Shown here in pieces: positions 28,208 through 38,411 of a DNA stretch of 64,000 nucleotides (positions are counted from its first letter, which is position 1; each line of letters begins with the position of its first letter). A program made the translations under genes and the position numbers. This stretch comes from Acidimicrobiia bacterium (GTDB lineage: Bacteria; Actinomycetota; Acidimicrobiia; Spongiisociales; JAENVV01). Below the pieces are notes generated by a model. It saw only the letters and a list, made by a program, of their open reading frames with translations, had not been told where the DNA came from and ran no database searches. The stretch is taken from assembly GCA_041628225.1 (NCBI GenBank), contig JBFKPQ010000001.1, positions 85,597 through 149,596 of the forward strand, read 5' to 3'.

Positions 28208-29878
28208 GTGAAACGAATAAGACTCATCGCCCTGTTCAGCGTCTTCGCGCTGATCATCGTGGCATGTGGGGGCAGCGCCGAGCCGGATCCGGTCGACGAC
28301 ACGACTCCCGAGACGCCGACCACCCAGGACTCCGGATTCGAAGGGCTTGCCGTCGACGCCGGCGGGTGTGATTACGGCGGCAAGGTTTCGAGCATCACCG
28401 CGTTGGACGAATCCACCGTCGAATTCGCCCTGTGTAGCCCCGATCCGGCGTTCCTGGCAAAGATCGCGTTCAGCGTCTTCGGCATCCAGCCGGCCGAGCA
28501 CATCGAGGCGACGGGCGGCGCGCCGCTCGACAACCCGATCGGCACCGGTCCGTACAGCCTCGTGGAATGGGTGCGCGGCGACTCGGTGATCTACGCGCGC
28601 AATGACGCGTATTACGGCCAGGTGGCACCCCATTCGACCGCCGTGTTGAAGTGGGCCACGGAAGGCGCCCAGCGGCTCGTCGAACTGCAGTCCGGCACTG
28701 CCGACGGCATCACGTTCCCGAGCACCGACGACTACCAGGTCATCGAAGACGATCCGGATCTGGTCTTGATCAACAAGCCGGAACCGAACATCTTCTACAT
28801 CGGCTTCACGAACACGTTCGCGCCGTTCGACGACCCGGATGTCCGTCGGGCAATAGCGCTCGGTATCGACCGGGCCCGGATCGTCGAGACGTTCTATCCG
28901 CCGGGCTCCGAGGTGGCTTCCCACTTCACGCCATGCTCGGTGCAGCACGGTTGCGAAGGAGATGCCTTCCCGGACTTCGATCTCGAGGCGGCCCAGACGC
29001 TCCTGGCCGACGCCGGATTCCCGGAGGGTTTCAAGACGACCATCTACTACCGCGACGTCTTCCGCGGCTACCTGCCGGAGCCCGGAGCGGTGGCGGTCGA
29101 AATCCAGACGCAGTTGATGGACAACCTGAACATCGATGCCGAAGTCGTCGTCATGGAGTCCGGTGAGTTCATCCAGTCGTCGACGCAGGGCCAGCTCGAA
29201 GGGATCCACTTGTTGGGGTGGACGGGTGACTACCCGCACATCACCAACTTCCTGGACTTCCACTTCAACGCCGACAACCCGCAGTTCGGTGACGCCCACC
29301 CGGAGATCTACGAGCCCCTCTCGCAGGCGTCGAAGCTGGTGGATGCGGCCGAGGCTGCTCCGCTGTACGCCGATGCCAACAACGCCATCAACGTGCACAT
29401 CCCGATGATCCCGGTGGTGCACTCGGTGACGGCCTTCGCGGCGGCGGCCGATGTCGGCGGCTCGTACGCTCCGCCCTGGGGTCAGGTGATGTTCAACCTG
29501 TGGGACAACGGCACCGACACCGTGGTATTCGTGCAGGGCAACGAGCCGATCTCGTTGTACTGCGCCGACGAGTCGGACGGCGAGTCCCTGCGGGCTTGCG
29601 CCCAGGTCGTCGAAGCGCTGTACAGCTACAGCACAACCGGCGACGTGCAGCCACAGCTCGCCACCGAGTGTGTGCCGAACGACGACCTGAGCACCTGGAC
29701 GTGCAACCTGCGTCAGGGTGTGGTCTTCCATGACGGCTCCACCTTCGACGCCAACGATGTGGTCGCCTCGTTCGCAGCCGGTCTGGATGCGGCCAACCCG
29801 TTCCACGTCGGGAACTCGGGTGCGTTCGACTACTACTCGTACCTGTGGGACGGTCTGATCAACGCCCCGGAGGAGTAA
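28208..29878 (+). CDS. ABC transporter substrate-binding lipoprotein, family 5 (peptide/nickel, DppA/OppA-like)
   Basis: Signal peptide plus lipobox IVACGG, about 550-aa SBP_bac_5 architecture, GTG start with AAAGGAGAT RBS. An upstream 7-bp stem GGCTCAG-tct-CTGAGCC lies in the 5' UTR (about 28172-28188). Confidence 0.85.
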   Translation: MKRIRLIALFSVFALIIVACGGSAEPDPVDDTTPETPTTQDSGFEGLAVDAGGCDYGGKVSSITALDESTVEFALCSPDPAFLAKIAFSVFGIQPAEHIEATGGAPLDNPIGTGPYSLVEWVRGDSVIYARNDAYYGQVAPHSTAVLKWATEGAQRLVELQSGTADGITFPSTDDYQVIEDDPDLVLINKPEPNIFYIGFTNTFAPFDDPDVRRAIALGIDRARIVETFYPPGSEVASHFTPCSVQHGCEGDAFPDFDLEAAQTLLADAGFPEGFKTTIYYRDVFRGYLPEPGAVAVEIQTQLMDNLNIDAEVVVMESGEFIQSSTQGQLEGIHLLGWTGDYPHITNFLDFHFNADNPQFGDAHPEIYEPLSQASKLVDAAEAAPLYADANNAINVHIPMIPVVHSVTAFAAAADVGGSYAPPWGQVMFNLWDNGTDTVVFVQGNEPISLYCADESDGESLRACAQVVEALYSYSTTGDVQPQLATECVPNDDLSTWTCNLRQGVVFHDGSTFDANDVVASFAAGLDAANPFHVGNSGAFDYYSYLWDGLINAPEE

Positions 29879-29896
29879 TCGCGTCCTCTTGACCAT

Positions 29897-29930
29897 GGGA
29901 GGGGGAAGCCCGGAAGGGCTTCCCCCTCCC
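29897..29930 (+). terminator. Perfect 15-bp-stem hairpin between SBP and permease genes
   Basis: GGGAGGGGGAAGCCC-ggaa-GGGCTTCCCCCTCCC, 19 nt after the SBP stop and 17 nt before the permease start. Confidence 0.5.
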
Positions 29931-29946
29931 ACAACCCAGGAGTCCC

Positions 29947-31026
29947 TTGCTCGCCTACGCCGCCCGTCGCATCCTGCTCGCCATCCCCGTCGTCATCGGG
30001 ATCATGGTGGTGGTGTTCTTCCTCATCAGGGCGATCCCGGGCGACCCTTGCACCTCGCTACTGGGCGAACGCGCCACCGCCGAAGCGTGTGAGCGGTTCA
30101 ACGAGGCCAACGGGCTCAACGAACCGATCTACGTGCAACTCGGCATCTACATGCGCAACGTGGTCACGTTCGATCTCGGCGAGTCGATCAGATTCTCGAG
30201 ACCGGTCAACCAACTCCTCATCGAGCGACTCCCCGTCACGACGGAACTGGCGCTCACGTCGTTGGCCATCGCCGTCCTCGTCGGGGTGCCTCTCGGTGTG
30301 CTCGCCGCCCGCCGACACAACACCGCGGTCGACACCGCGACCGTCGCGCTTGCGAACACCGGCGTCTCCATGCCGGTCTTCTGGCTCGGCTTGATGTTGG
30401 CGTACGGTTTCGCGGTGCTCTTGCAGGACACGCCCTTCGTCCTGCCACCGTCCGGCCGGTTGAACCCCGGTGTCCTCTCCACACCGTACTTCGAGCTGTG
30501 GGAGTGGGAACTCCAGGAAGGTTCTCTCACCGCCAAGTTCCACGAGTACGTCGCCAACCACTACCTCCTCAACAATCTCATCACCCGGCAGTGGGACGTG
30601 TTCTGGGACGCCGTGCGCCACATGATCCTGCCCGCCGTGGCACTGGCCACCATTCCCTTGGCCGTCATCACCCGCATCACCCGGTCGTCGTTGCTCGAAG
30701 TGATGGGCCGCGACTACATCCGCACCGCTCGGGCCAAAGGTGCCGGTGAGCGACGCGTGGTCGGCCGGCATGCACTGCGCAATGCGCTGCTGCCGGTCGT
30801 GACGATCGTGGGCCTCCAGCTCGGCGCACTGCTCGGTGGAGCCGTACTCACCGAGTCCATCTTCAATCTCGCCGGGGTCGGCCGAGGGCTGTTCGACGCG
30901 ATCAACGGCCGCGACTACGCCATCGTGCAGGGCTTCACGGTGATCATCGCTTCGATCTACGTGATCGTGAACCTGCTCGTCGACCTCTCGTACGCCTACC
31001 TCGACCCACGGATTCGATTGGAATGA
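29947..31026 (+). CDS. Peptide ABC transporter permease (DppB/OppB-like)
   Basis: TTG start; 6-TM BPD_transp_1 permease text. Confidence 0.85.
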   Translation: MLAYAARRILLAIPVVIGIMVVVFFLIRAIPGDPCTSLLGERATAEACERFNEANGLNEPIYVQLGIYMRNVVTFDLGESIRFSRPVNQLLIERLPVTTELALTSLAIAVLVGVPLGVLAARRHNTAVDTATVALANTGVSMPVFWLGLMLAYGFAVLLQDTPFVLPPSGRLNPGVLSTPYFELWEWELQEGSLTAKFHEYVANHYLLNNLITRQWDVFWDAVRHMILPAVALATIPLAVITRITRSSLLEVMGRDYIRTARAKGAGERRVVGRHALRNALLPVVTIVGLQLGALLGGAVLTESIFNLAGVGRGLFDAINGRDYAIVQGFTVIIASIYVIVNLLVDLSYAYLDPRIRLE

Positions 31027-31979
31027 CCACTCCCGAACACCGCACCTCCGATCCGCTCACCGAGATGTCCGCCGATACCGGACGCCTCATGGCTTCGTCG
31101 GTTGGCCAGTGGCGCCTGGCGCTCCGCCGTTTCCGGGAGCGCAAGTCCGGCATGGTGGGACTGGCCATCATCGTCTTTCTGACGCTCGTGGCGATCTTTG
31201 CCCCGTTCATCGCCCCGTACGAACCCAACCAGGTGCTCATCGGCGTCGAGGATGACGCCACCCGCCGGGCACCACCCTGTGTCACGGTGCTGGGATGCGA
31301 GGAGACCCAACACATCCTCGGCCTCGACGGCAACGTGCGAGACAACTTCTCCCGGGTCGTGTACGGCTCCAGGGTCAGCCTGACCCTCGGCCTGTTCACG
31401 GTCGGGCTGGCTTTTTTCGCCGGCGGGGCGCTCGGTGCCATCGCCGGGTTCGTCGGCGGGTGGCTCGACAACCTGATCATGCGCGTCATGGACGTCATCT
31501 TGGGATTCCCGGCCTTCCTATTGGCTATCGCCATCGTCGCCGTGCTCGGTCCGGGCCTTCAGAACGCGCTCCTCGCCATTGCGGTCGTCTCGACGCCGGC
31601 GTATGCCCGCGTGATGCGCGCCCAGGTCCTCGCGATCAAGGAAACGGACTTCGTGGCCGCGTCGACGGCACTCGGTTCCAACCCGGCCCGCATCCTCCTG
31701 ACCCGTGTGGTTCCGAACGCCATCACCCCGATGGTGGTGCTCGGCACGCTCGGCATCGCCACGGCCATCCTCGAAGCGGCGGGGCTCAGCTTCTTGGGAC
31801 TGGGAGCGCAGCCGCCCACTCCGGAGTGGGGATCGATGCTCGCCGAGTCCCAGGACGTCGTGTTCACGGCCCCCCACCTGGTCTTTTATCCGGGCCTGGC
31901 CATCATGCTCACCGTTCTCGGGTTCAACCTCATGGGTGACGGACTCCGCGACGCCCTCGACCCCACCTTGAACCGATGA
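31023..31979 (+). CDS. Peptide ABC transporter permease (DppC/OppC-like)
   Basis: N-terminal OppC_N-like segment, then the BPD_transp_1 permease domain. Start overlaps the previous stop. Confidence 0.85.
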   Translation: MTTPEHRTSDPLTEMSADTGRLMASSVGQWRLALRRFRERKSGMVGLAIIVFLTLVAIFAPFIAPYEPNQVLIGVEDDATRRAPPCVTVLGCEETQHILGLDGNVRDNFSRVVYGSRVSLTLGLFTVGLAFFAGGALGAIAGFVGGWLDNLIMRVMDVILGFPAFLLAIAIVAVLGPGLQNALLAIAVVSTPAYARVMRAQVLAIKETDFVAASTALGSNPARILLTRVVPNAITPMVVLGTLGIATAILEAAGLSFLGLGAQPPTPEWGSMLAESQDVVFTAPHLVFYPGLAIMLTVLGFNLMGDGLRDALDPTLNR

Positions 31980-32962
31980 CCGAATCGCTGCTCGAGATTC
32001 GTGGTCTCAAGACCCACTTCAACACCCGGGACGGTCTCGTGCGAGCGGTCGACGAGGTCGACATCTCCGTCGACCGTGGTGAAGTGCTCGGCATCGTCGG
32101 CGAGAGCGGGTGCGGCAAGTCGGTGACGTCGCTCTCGATCATGGGGCTCGTGCCGCACCCCGGCAAGGTCGTCGCCGGCGAGATCATGTTCGAGGGCCGC
32201 AATCTGGCGGACATGTCGGAACGGGAGTTGCGCCAGGTGCGCGGCGAAGACATCGCCATGATCTTTCAACAGCCCACGTCGGCCCTCAATCCGGTGTATC
32301 GGGCGGGCCTCCAGATTCGAGAGGTGTTCGACCTCCACCGGGATTGGAAGAAGCGCATCTCGCACGAGAAGGTCATCGAGATGCTTGCTGCCGTGGGCAT
32401 TCCCGATCCGATCTCACGAGCCCGGGCCTATCCGCACGAGCTCTCCGGTGGCATGGCACAGCGGATCATGATCGCCATGGCGCTGGCCTGCGAACCCGAT
32501 CTCCTCATCGCCGACGAACCGACCACGGCGCTCGACGTCACCATCCAGGCGCAGATCCTGGACCTCATCCGCAATCTGCAGCAGGAGTCGAATACCGCGG
32601 TCATCCTCATCACGCACGACCTCGGCGTCGTGGCCGAGATGGCGGACCGGGTGGCGGTCATGTACGCGGGCGAGATCGTCGAGGAAGCCACGGTCGAGGA
32701 GCTGTTTGCCTCCCCACTCCATCCGTACACGCACGGGCTCATCGGTTCCATCCCGATCCTGGGGGACCCGGTCGAGCGCCTCGACACGATCCGCGGCACC
32801 GTGCCGTCGCTCGTCGATCTTCCGGCCGCATGCCGGTTCGTCGACCGATGTGACGCCCGGATCGAGCATGCCCTGACGATCTGCACCGAGCAGGAACCTC
32901 CGATGGTCGAACAGACCGCGGGTCACCACGTCCGATGCTGGCTGTACGGAGACCGGCCATGA
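31976..32962 (+). CDS. Peptide ABC transporter ATP-binding protein (DppD/OppD-like)
   Basis: Walker [30 protein letters not shown]-terminal oligopeptide-transporter extension. Confidence 0.9.
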   Translation: MTESLLEIRGLKTHFNTRDGLVRAVDEVDISVDRGEVLGIVGESGCGKSVTSLSIMGLVPHPGKVVAGEIMFEGRNLADMSERELRQVRGEDIAMIFQQPTSALNPVYRAGLQIREVFDLHRDWKKRISHEKVIEMLAAVGIPDPISRARAYPHELSGGMAQRIMIAMALACEPDLLIADEPTTALDVTIQAQILDLIRNLQQESNTAVILITHDLGVVAEMADRVAVMYAGEIVEEATVEELFASPLHPYTHGLIGSIPILGDPVERLDTIRGTVPSLVDLPAACRFVDRCDARIEHALTICTEQEPPMVEQTAGHHVRCWLYGDRP

Positions 32963-33945
32963 CCGATGCCCTCGTGCAGGTTCGTGGACTCACCAAGCAG
33001 TTTCCCGTCAAGGGCGGGATCTTTCAGCGGCAGGTGGCCACCGTCAACGCGGTCGACGGGGTCGACCTCGACATTCGGCGGGGCGAAACGTTGGGCTTGG
33101 TGGGAGAGTCGGGCTGCGGCAAGACGACGCTCGGCCGGATGATGGTCCGCTTGCTCGAACCGACGGCCGGGACGATCACCTTCGATGGTGTCGACGTCAC
33201 GCATCGGAATGGGAGAGACCTCCACGAGTTCCGACGCCGAGCCCAGATCGTGTTCCAGGATCCGTACGGCTCGCTCGATCCGCGGACCCAGGTGGGCGAC
33301 GCGATCGCCGAGGGGCTGCGGCGCCACGGCGTGAAGGACCGACATGAACGGCGTGAGCGCGTCGTCGACATGCTCGAACTGGTCGGTCTCGGCCGCCAGC
33401 ACCTCGGTCGGTATCCGCACGAGTTCTCTGGTGGCCAGCGGCAGCGGATCGGTATCGCCCGCGCCCTGGTGCTGCGACCAGATTTCGTCGTCGCCGACGA
33501 GCCGGTGTCGGCGCTCGACGTATCGGTGCAGGCACAGGTGCTGAACCTCCTGAAAGATCTCCAGGCCGAACTCGATCTCACCCTCGTCTTCGTCGCGCAC
33601 AATCTGGCGGTCGTCGAGCACATCTCTGACCGCGTGGCGGTGATGTATCTCGGCAGGGTGGTCGAGATCACCGGGCGAGATCGTCTGTACGCCAACCCGG
33701 CCCACCCCTACACCGAGGCGCTGCTGTCGGCGATCCCCGTGCCGGACCCCGGTCGGCGGCGCGAGCGCCACATGCTGAAGGGTGAGATCCCTTCTCCGAT
33801 CGACCCGCCGCCGGGGTGCCATTTCCACCCGCGCTGTCCTATCGCCGAACCGGGTGTGTGCGACTCGGTGGTCCCGCGCCTCGAGTCGATCGAGCCCACC
33901 CACCGGGCCGCGTGTCATGTCCGAGCCCCCGCTTTGGACGAATAG
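32935..33945 (+). CDS. Peptide ABC transporter ATP-binding protein (DppF/OppF-like)
   Basis: Walker [29 protein letters not shown]. Confidence 0.9.
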   Translation: MLAVRRPAMTDALVQVRGLTKQFPVKGGIFQRQVATVNAVDGVDLDIRRGETLGLVGESGCGKTTLGRMMVRLLEPTAGTITFDGVDVTHRNGRDLHEFRRRAQIVFQDPYGSLDPRTQVGDAIAEGLRRHGVKDRHERRERVVDMLELVGLGRQHLGRYPHEFSGGQRQRIGIARALVLRPDFVVADEPVSALDVSVQAQVLNLLKDLQAELDLTLVFVAHNLAVVEHISDRVAVMYLGRVVEITGRDRLYANPAHPYTEALLSAIPVPDPGRRRERHMLKGEIPSPIDPPPGCHFHPRCPIAEPGVCDSVVPRLESIEPTHRAACHVRAPALDE

Positions 33946-33986
33946 CCCGAGCCGGCCCCGTGAAGAGAAGAAGCTACGACCACGCC

Positions 33987-34853
33987 ATGCTGGGAGATCT
34001 GCAGGACGCGCTGGCCGGGTGGATCGCGGCCTCGTCCGACTTCGGGTACGGGCACGTGGGCGACATCCCCCATCGGATCTACAACGGTGGTCGTGGCCGG
34101 TTCCCGTTCGACGAACTGGTGCGGGTCTGGATGTCCGGTGAGGAGATCGCCGCGATCGCCATCTCCGAACCGCGCTTTCCCGGGTGCGATCTGTGGGCCG
34201 CTCCGGGCATCGACCCCACGCCGGCACTGCTCGATGTGATCGAGGTGACGCGCCGGCTGCTTCCGGTGGCGGGCCGGGACGGCGACGCGCTCCTCGTCGA
34301 TGTGTACGAGGGCGATACCGTACGGGCCGACCTGTTGGAGGGTCACGGGTTCGTCCGGCGGGATGCCTGGATGATCCTCACGGAACGCTCTCTCGCCGAC
34401 CGACCGGACTTCGGGTCGCCCGACGGCTACGTAGTCCGCCCGGCGGAGTCCCATGAAGCGGATGCGCTGGCGGCCGTGCACTCCGCATCGTTCGGGTCGG
34501 AGTGGACGGGGTCCGAATACCAGCAGGAGGTCATGGACCGACCGGGCTATTCCGTCGAGCGCGAGATCGTGGCGGTGGTCCCGGACGGTACCTTCGGAGC
34601 CTTCACCGTCACCTGGCACGACGGGCGAAATCGGGTAGGACTGTTCGAGCCCGTCGGGACGGCCGAAGGCCACCGCCGGAAGGGCCTGGCGGCGGCCGTC
34701 ATGGTGGAGGGCATGAGGCGAATGGTGGCGGCCGGCTTGGAGCGCGCCCAGGTAGGCCACGAATCCGACAACGTCGCCTCGACCGAGCTCTACGCCTCGC
34801 TCGGCTTCTACCCCAAGCACCGAATCATCGAATACGCCCTCCCCCCGGCGTAG
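33987..34853 (+). CDS. GNAT family N-acetyltransferase, tandem-GNAT (MshD-like) architecture
   Basis: About 289 aa with C-terminal GNAT motif HRRKGLAAAVMVEGMRRM. Alternative in-frame GTG at 33960. Confidence 0.7.
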   Translation: MLGDLQDALAGWIAASSDFGYGHVGDIPHRIYNGGRGRFPFDELVRVWMSGEEIAAIAISEPRFPGCDLWAAPGIDPTPALLDVIEVTRRLLPVAGRDGDALLVDVYEGDTVRADLLEGHGFVRRDAWMILTERSLADRPDFGSPDGYVVRPAESHEADALAAVHSASFGSEWTGSEYQQEVMDRPGYSVEREIVAVVPDGTFGAFTVTWHDGRNRVGLFEPVGTAEGHRRKGLAAAVMVEGMRRMVAAGLERAQVGHESDNVASTELYASLGFYPKHRIIEYALPPA

Positions 34854-34863
34854 CGTCGGGGTC

Positions 34864-36168
34864 ATGCGGGTCGTCGTCATCGGTGCGGGCGTGTCGGGGT
34901 TGACGGCCGCCCATGTCCTGTCGGCCGCCGGGTTCGACGTCACGGTGCTCGAAGCCCGGGACCGTATCGGTGGCCGGACGTGGACGGTCGACGTCGATGG
35001 AGCAACGGTCGATCTCGGTGCTTCGTGGCTCCATGGCCGCTTCGGCAACCCGCTCATGCCGGTCATGGAGGCCGTCGGCCTGGACACCGCCAACGACGGT
35101 CCCTGGGGTTTGGCGATGCTCGTCTGGGACGAGCGCTACGGGTTCGTCGACAGCGCCGCCGCTTCGGTCGCTGTCGCGTCTGCCACGGACTTCTCGCCCG
35201 GCGAGGCCGCCGACGCGATGGGCGAAGACGCCGACTATGTGGCCGGTGCCGAGTGGTATGTGGAGGACCGGCGCCTGTCGGGCGACGGGGCCCGGCTGGC
35301 TCGGTTCCAGATCGAGGTAGTGGACGGCTCGATCAACATCGCCGGCGAGCCGAGCAGCATCGACTTGCGAGGCGAGAGCGCCTACGTCGACCTGCCGGGC
35401 GGCAACCTCGCCCCGGTCGGTGGGTTTGGCCGCCTCGTCGACGCGCTCGCCGAGGGACTGGACATTCGCCTGGATACTCCGGTGTGGGCCGTCCGATCGA
35501 CCGACGAGGGGGTCACGATCGTGACCGGCGACGTTTCGCTCACCGCGGATCACGTCGTCGTGACCGTCCCGCTCGGAGTGCTGCGATCCGGTGCTTTGGC
35601 CTTCGACCCTCCGCTTCCGGGTGACAAGACGGCCGCCCTCGCCCGGTTGGGATGGGGGAACCTCGAGAAGGTCATCCTGACGTTCGAGCGTCGCTGGTGG
35701 CCCGACGGCATGAGGCGGCTCATGGTCGTTCGGTCCGATCGCCGGTTCCCCCTGTGGGTCGACGTGTCCGACCACGCCGGCCGGCCGACGCTTGTCGGGT
35801 TCCACGGCGCGCTAACCAGCGCGACGGAACTCGAGGCGGACGACGACGCGGTCGTCGTCTCCGCATTGGATGTGTTGCGAGATGTGTTCGGCGATGGCGT
35901 CGTTGAGCCGCGCAGCATCCGGGTCACCCGCTGGCAGATGGACCCGCTGGCTCGCGGGTCATATTCCTACCTCGCGGTCGGTTCAGGCCCCGAGGACATG
36001 CACCGTTTGGGCCGGTCCGAGGGTCGCGTGCACTTCGCCGGAGAGGCGACCGAGCCGCGCTACTTCGGCACCGTGCACGGCGCCTTCGCCTCGGGCGTCC
36101 GCGTCGCCGGCGCGCTGCTCGGTTCCGCCACCGTTCCCACCCGTTGGGGACCCGTTCCCGTGACCTAG
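34864..36168 (+). CDS. Flavin-containing amine oxidase (polyamine/monoamine oxidase family)
   Basis: VVVIGAGVSGLTAAHVL..DVTVLEARDRIGGR FAD fingerprint. C-terminal GEATEP..GTVHGAFASG typical of amine oxidases. Confidence 0.85.
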   Translation: MRVVVIGAGVSGLTAAHVLSAAGFDVTVLEARDRIGGRTWTVDVDGATVDLGASWLHGRFGNPLMPVMEAVGLDTANDGPWGLAMLVWDERYGFVDSAAASVAVASATDFSPGEAADAMGEDADYVAGAEWYVEDRRLSGDGARLARFQIEVVDGSINIAGEPSSIDLRGESAYVDLPGGNLAPVGGFGRLVDALAEGLDIRLDTPVWAVRSTDEGVTIVTGDVSLTADHVVVTVPLGVLRSGALAFDPPLPGDKTAALARLGWGNLEKVILTFERRWWPDGMRRLMVVRSDRRFPLWVDVSDHAGRPTLVGFHGALTSATELEADDDAVVVSALDVLRDVFGDGVVEPRSIRVTRWQMDPLARGSYSYLAVGSGPEDMHRLGRSEGRVHFAGEATEPRYFGTVHGAFASGVRVAGALLGSATVPTRWGPVPVT

Positions 36169-36169
36169 G

Positions 36170-38329
36170 TCACGGAATAACGCAGATCAGCACGCCGCCC
36201 AACGGGTCGTACGCGTAGTCGGGATGGAGCACGTCGCTCACGCAGAACTCGATCGTTCCCGCATTGGCAGGCAACTTGCCCGTGTTGAACTTCACCTCTC
36301 CTGATGAATCGGTCACACCGGTGTCGAGCATCAGCCACCCACCCGTGCCGATCCAGATCCCTTCGACGGTTGCTCCGACGACGGGTGTCGTCCCGCCGCT
36401 TTCGGTGATTACGGCTGTGGCGGTTGCCTGATTCTGTTTCTTACCGCGATAGGAGGCGGTCAGGTCCGAGAGGATCATCGTGGCTACCGGCTCTGCGGGG
36501 TTCACGTTGTTCGAGATCGAGTCCGTCAGGTTCTCGGCATCGGCGACGGTGAGCCACACCGTGTAGGTCCCCGCCACCGTGTAAGTGTGGTCGAAGGTGA
36601 CGCCGGTCCCGCTGTTGCCATCTCCGAAGTCCCAGGTGTACGAGACGATCCCGGCGTCGTCGGTCGACGTCGAGGCATCGAACGAACAGGTCAGCCCGTC
36701 GCATGTGGCCGTGAACGCCGCGGTCGGAGGCTGGTTGGGGATCGCGTTGTCGATGGTCACCGAGATCGTGTCGCTCGTCGTGTTGTTCGCCGAATCCGTG
36801 GATCGGGCCTCGAGCGTCGCCGGCCCGTTCGCGGACGCCGTGGTGTCCCACGAGGCTTCGTAGGTGCCATCTGAGTCAGGGTCGGTCGCGGGCTGCCAAG
36901 CACCACCGCCGACCCGCCATTCGACCGTCAACGTTCCGAGGTCGTCTTCGGTGTCGGTGGCGTCGATGGCGATCGGTACGGAGCCCGACACGGTCGACCC
37001 GTCAGCCGGGGTGACCCAGGCGGCCGACGGAGGCGTGTCGGGCGGGGGAGGAGGCGGCGGCGGAGGTGGCGCACCACCGCACGTGCCGTCACCGCCGAAC
37101 GCCACACCGTTCACGAAGAGGAGTCCCTCGGCGTAGCCGTCCGTGTCGCCCCCGAATCCGCAGAGATCCGTCTGCGCGATGGCGTCTCCGAGTAGCGCCG
37201 CATAGGCGGCATGCGCCTCGGTGGCGTTCGACGGGTTCGTACCGGTTACGGCGATCCAGCGCGCCAGGGCGCCCGCCACATGGGGACTCGCCATCGAGGT
37301 GCCGGAGTAGGTGGCGTACCCGTCATTGAGGTGGGTCGACGTGATGCATACCCCTGGCGCGGCGATGTCCACCTGTGGGCCGTAGTTCGAGAACGAGGCC
37401 AGGGTGTCGTCGGTCTCGCCCGGGCGGCAGTCGATCGTTCCGAGACCGCCCGGTGCACCGTCGCCGTCGGCCAGCGCCGAGACCGTCAGAACGTCGGGAT
37501 GCCCCGCCGGACTGAACGGCGTCGCGTCCGTGCCGCCGTTACCGGCCGCCACCGCCCACAGGACCCCTTGGGCGACGGAGTTCTTGAGTGCCGTTTCGAA
37601 GATCCCTGAAGAAAACTGACCCGAGAGGCTCATGTTGGCCACGTCGATCGAGCCGGCGTATTGGGTGACGATATCGACACCGGCAATGAGCCATCCCAGG
37701 TATCCGGTGCCCGCGTCGTTGAGGACCTTCACCGACCACAACCGTGCCCCGGGAGCCACCCCCACGATGCCGACGTTGTTGTCGCGGGCTGCCGCCGTTC
37801 CGGCGACGTGGGTGCCGTGTCCGTTCTTGTCGAAGTAGTCGGTGCCGGTGCAGCCACCGAAGTCCGGATAGAAGTAGGCCGGCTGACAGTCGATCACGTA
37901 CCGCAAGTTCAGATCGGGATGTTGCGCAATTCCCGTGTCGAGGATGGCGATGTCGACGTCGGTGGTCACGCCTTCCGGTCCGAGATCGGCCTCGATGCGG
38001 TCCCAGCCGGTCGGGATGACCTGCTCGGTCGTCTGGGCGATGGACACGTGCACATCGGGTTCGACGGCCGCAACGTGTGGATGGCGAGCGAGCGCCGCCA
38101 TGCGTCCGGCCGGCACCTCCGCCACGAAACCGTTGATGGCGTGCTCGTATCCGAACAGGAGCCGCCCGCCGTGGTCGGCGGCCAGTTCGTGACCTACCTG
38201 ACGCGCGCTGGGTGCGTCCTCGGTGAGCATGACGATGACACGCTGGCGGTCGGGACCCTGGTCGACCGTGGCGGCGGCCGAACCTCCGAGCAGCAGGGTG
38301 GCGAGCAGAACGATGGACAAACGGCGCAT
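36170..38329 (-). CDS. Secreted subtilisin-like S8 serine protease with I9 propeptide, poly-Pro linker and PKD/Ig-like C-terminal domains
   Basis: Signal peptide MRRLSIVLLATLLLGGSAAA, I9 inhibitor-like propeptide, catalytic triad blocks DTGI / HGTHVAG / GTSMASPHVAG, run of about 10-12 Pro, PKD-like FDHTYTVAGTYTVWLTVAD. GGAGGG RBS. Confidence 0.9.
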   Translation of the reverse strand: MRRLSIVLLATLLLGGSAAATVDQGPDRQRVIVMLTEDAPSARQVGHELAADHGGRLLFGYEHAINGFVAEVPAGRMAALARHPHVAAVEPDVHVSIAQTTEQVIPTGWDRIEADLGPEGVTTDVDIAILDTGIAQHPDLNLRYVIDCQPAYFYPDFGGCTGTDYFDKNGHGTHVAGTAAARDNNVGIVGVAPGARLWSVKVLNDAGTGYLGWLIAGVDIVTQYAGSIDVANMSLSGQFSSGIFETALKNSVAQGVLWAVAAGNGGTDATPFSPAGHPDVLTVSALADGDGAPGGLGTIDCRPGETDDTLASFSNYGPQVDIAAPGVCITSTHLNDGYATYSGTSMASPHVAGALARWIAVTGTNPSNATEAHAAYAALLGDAIAQTDLCGFGGDTDGYAEGLLFVNGVAFGGDGTCGGAPPPPPPPPPPDTPPSAAWVTPADGSTVSGSVPIAIDATDTEDDLGTLTVEWRVGGGAWQPATDPDSDGTYEASWDTTASANGPATLEARSTDSANNTTSDTISVTIDNAIPNQPPTAAFTATCDGLTCSFDASTSTDDAGIVSYTWDFGDGNSGTGVTFDHTYTVAGTYTVWLTVADAENLTDSISNNVNPAEPVATMILSDLTASYRGKKQNQATATAVITESGGTTPVVGATVEGIWIGTGGWLMLDTGVTDSSGEVKFNTGKLPANAGTIEFCVSDVLHPDYAYDPLGGVLICVIP
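37040..37075 (-). repeat. Simple G/C-rich tract encoding the poly-proline linker of the S8 protease
   Basis: Plus strand reads ggcgggggaggaggcggcggcggaggtggc, i.e. consecutive CCN codons on the minus strand. Potential slippage-prone tract. Confidence 0.6.
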
Positions 38330-38411
38330 ACTTCCCTCCGCCTCTGAGCCTACTCGTGGACACCGCGGCGTGGCCGGACCCTCACGCGCCGCGAGTACCA
38401 TGGTGCGTCTC

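Noticed and set aside
28073-29932. 619-aa minus-strand ORF antisense to the peptide SBP gene
   Set aside because: Antisense to a lipoprotein SBP with signal peptide/lipobox and an RBS. No motifs.
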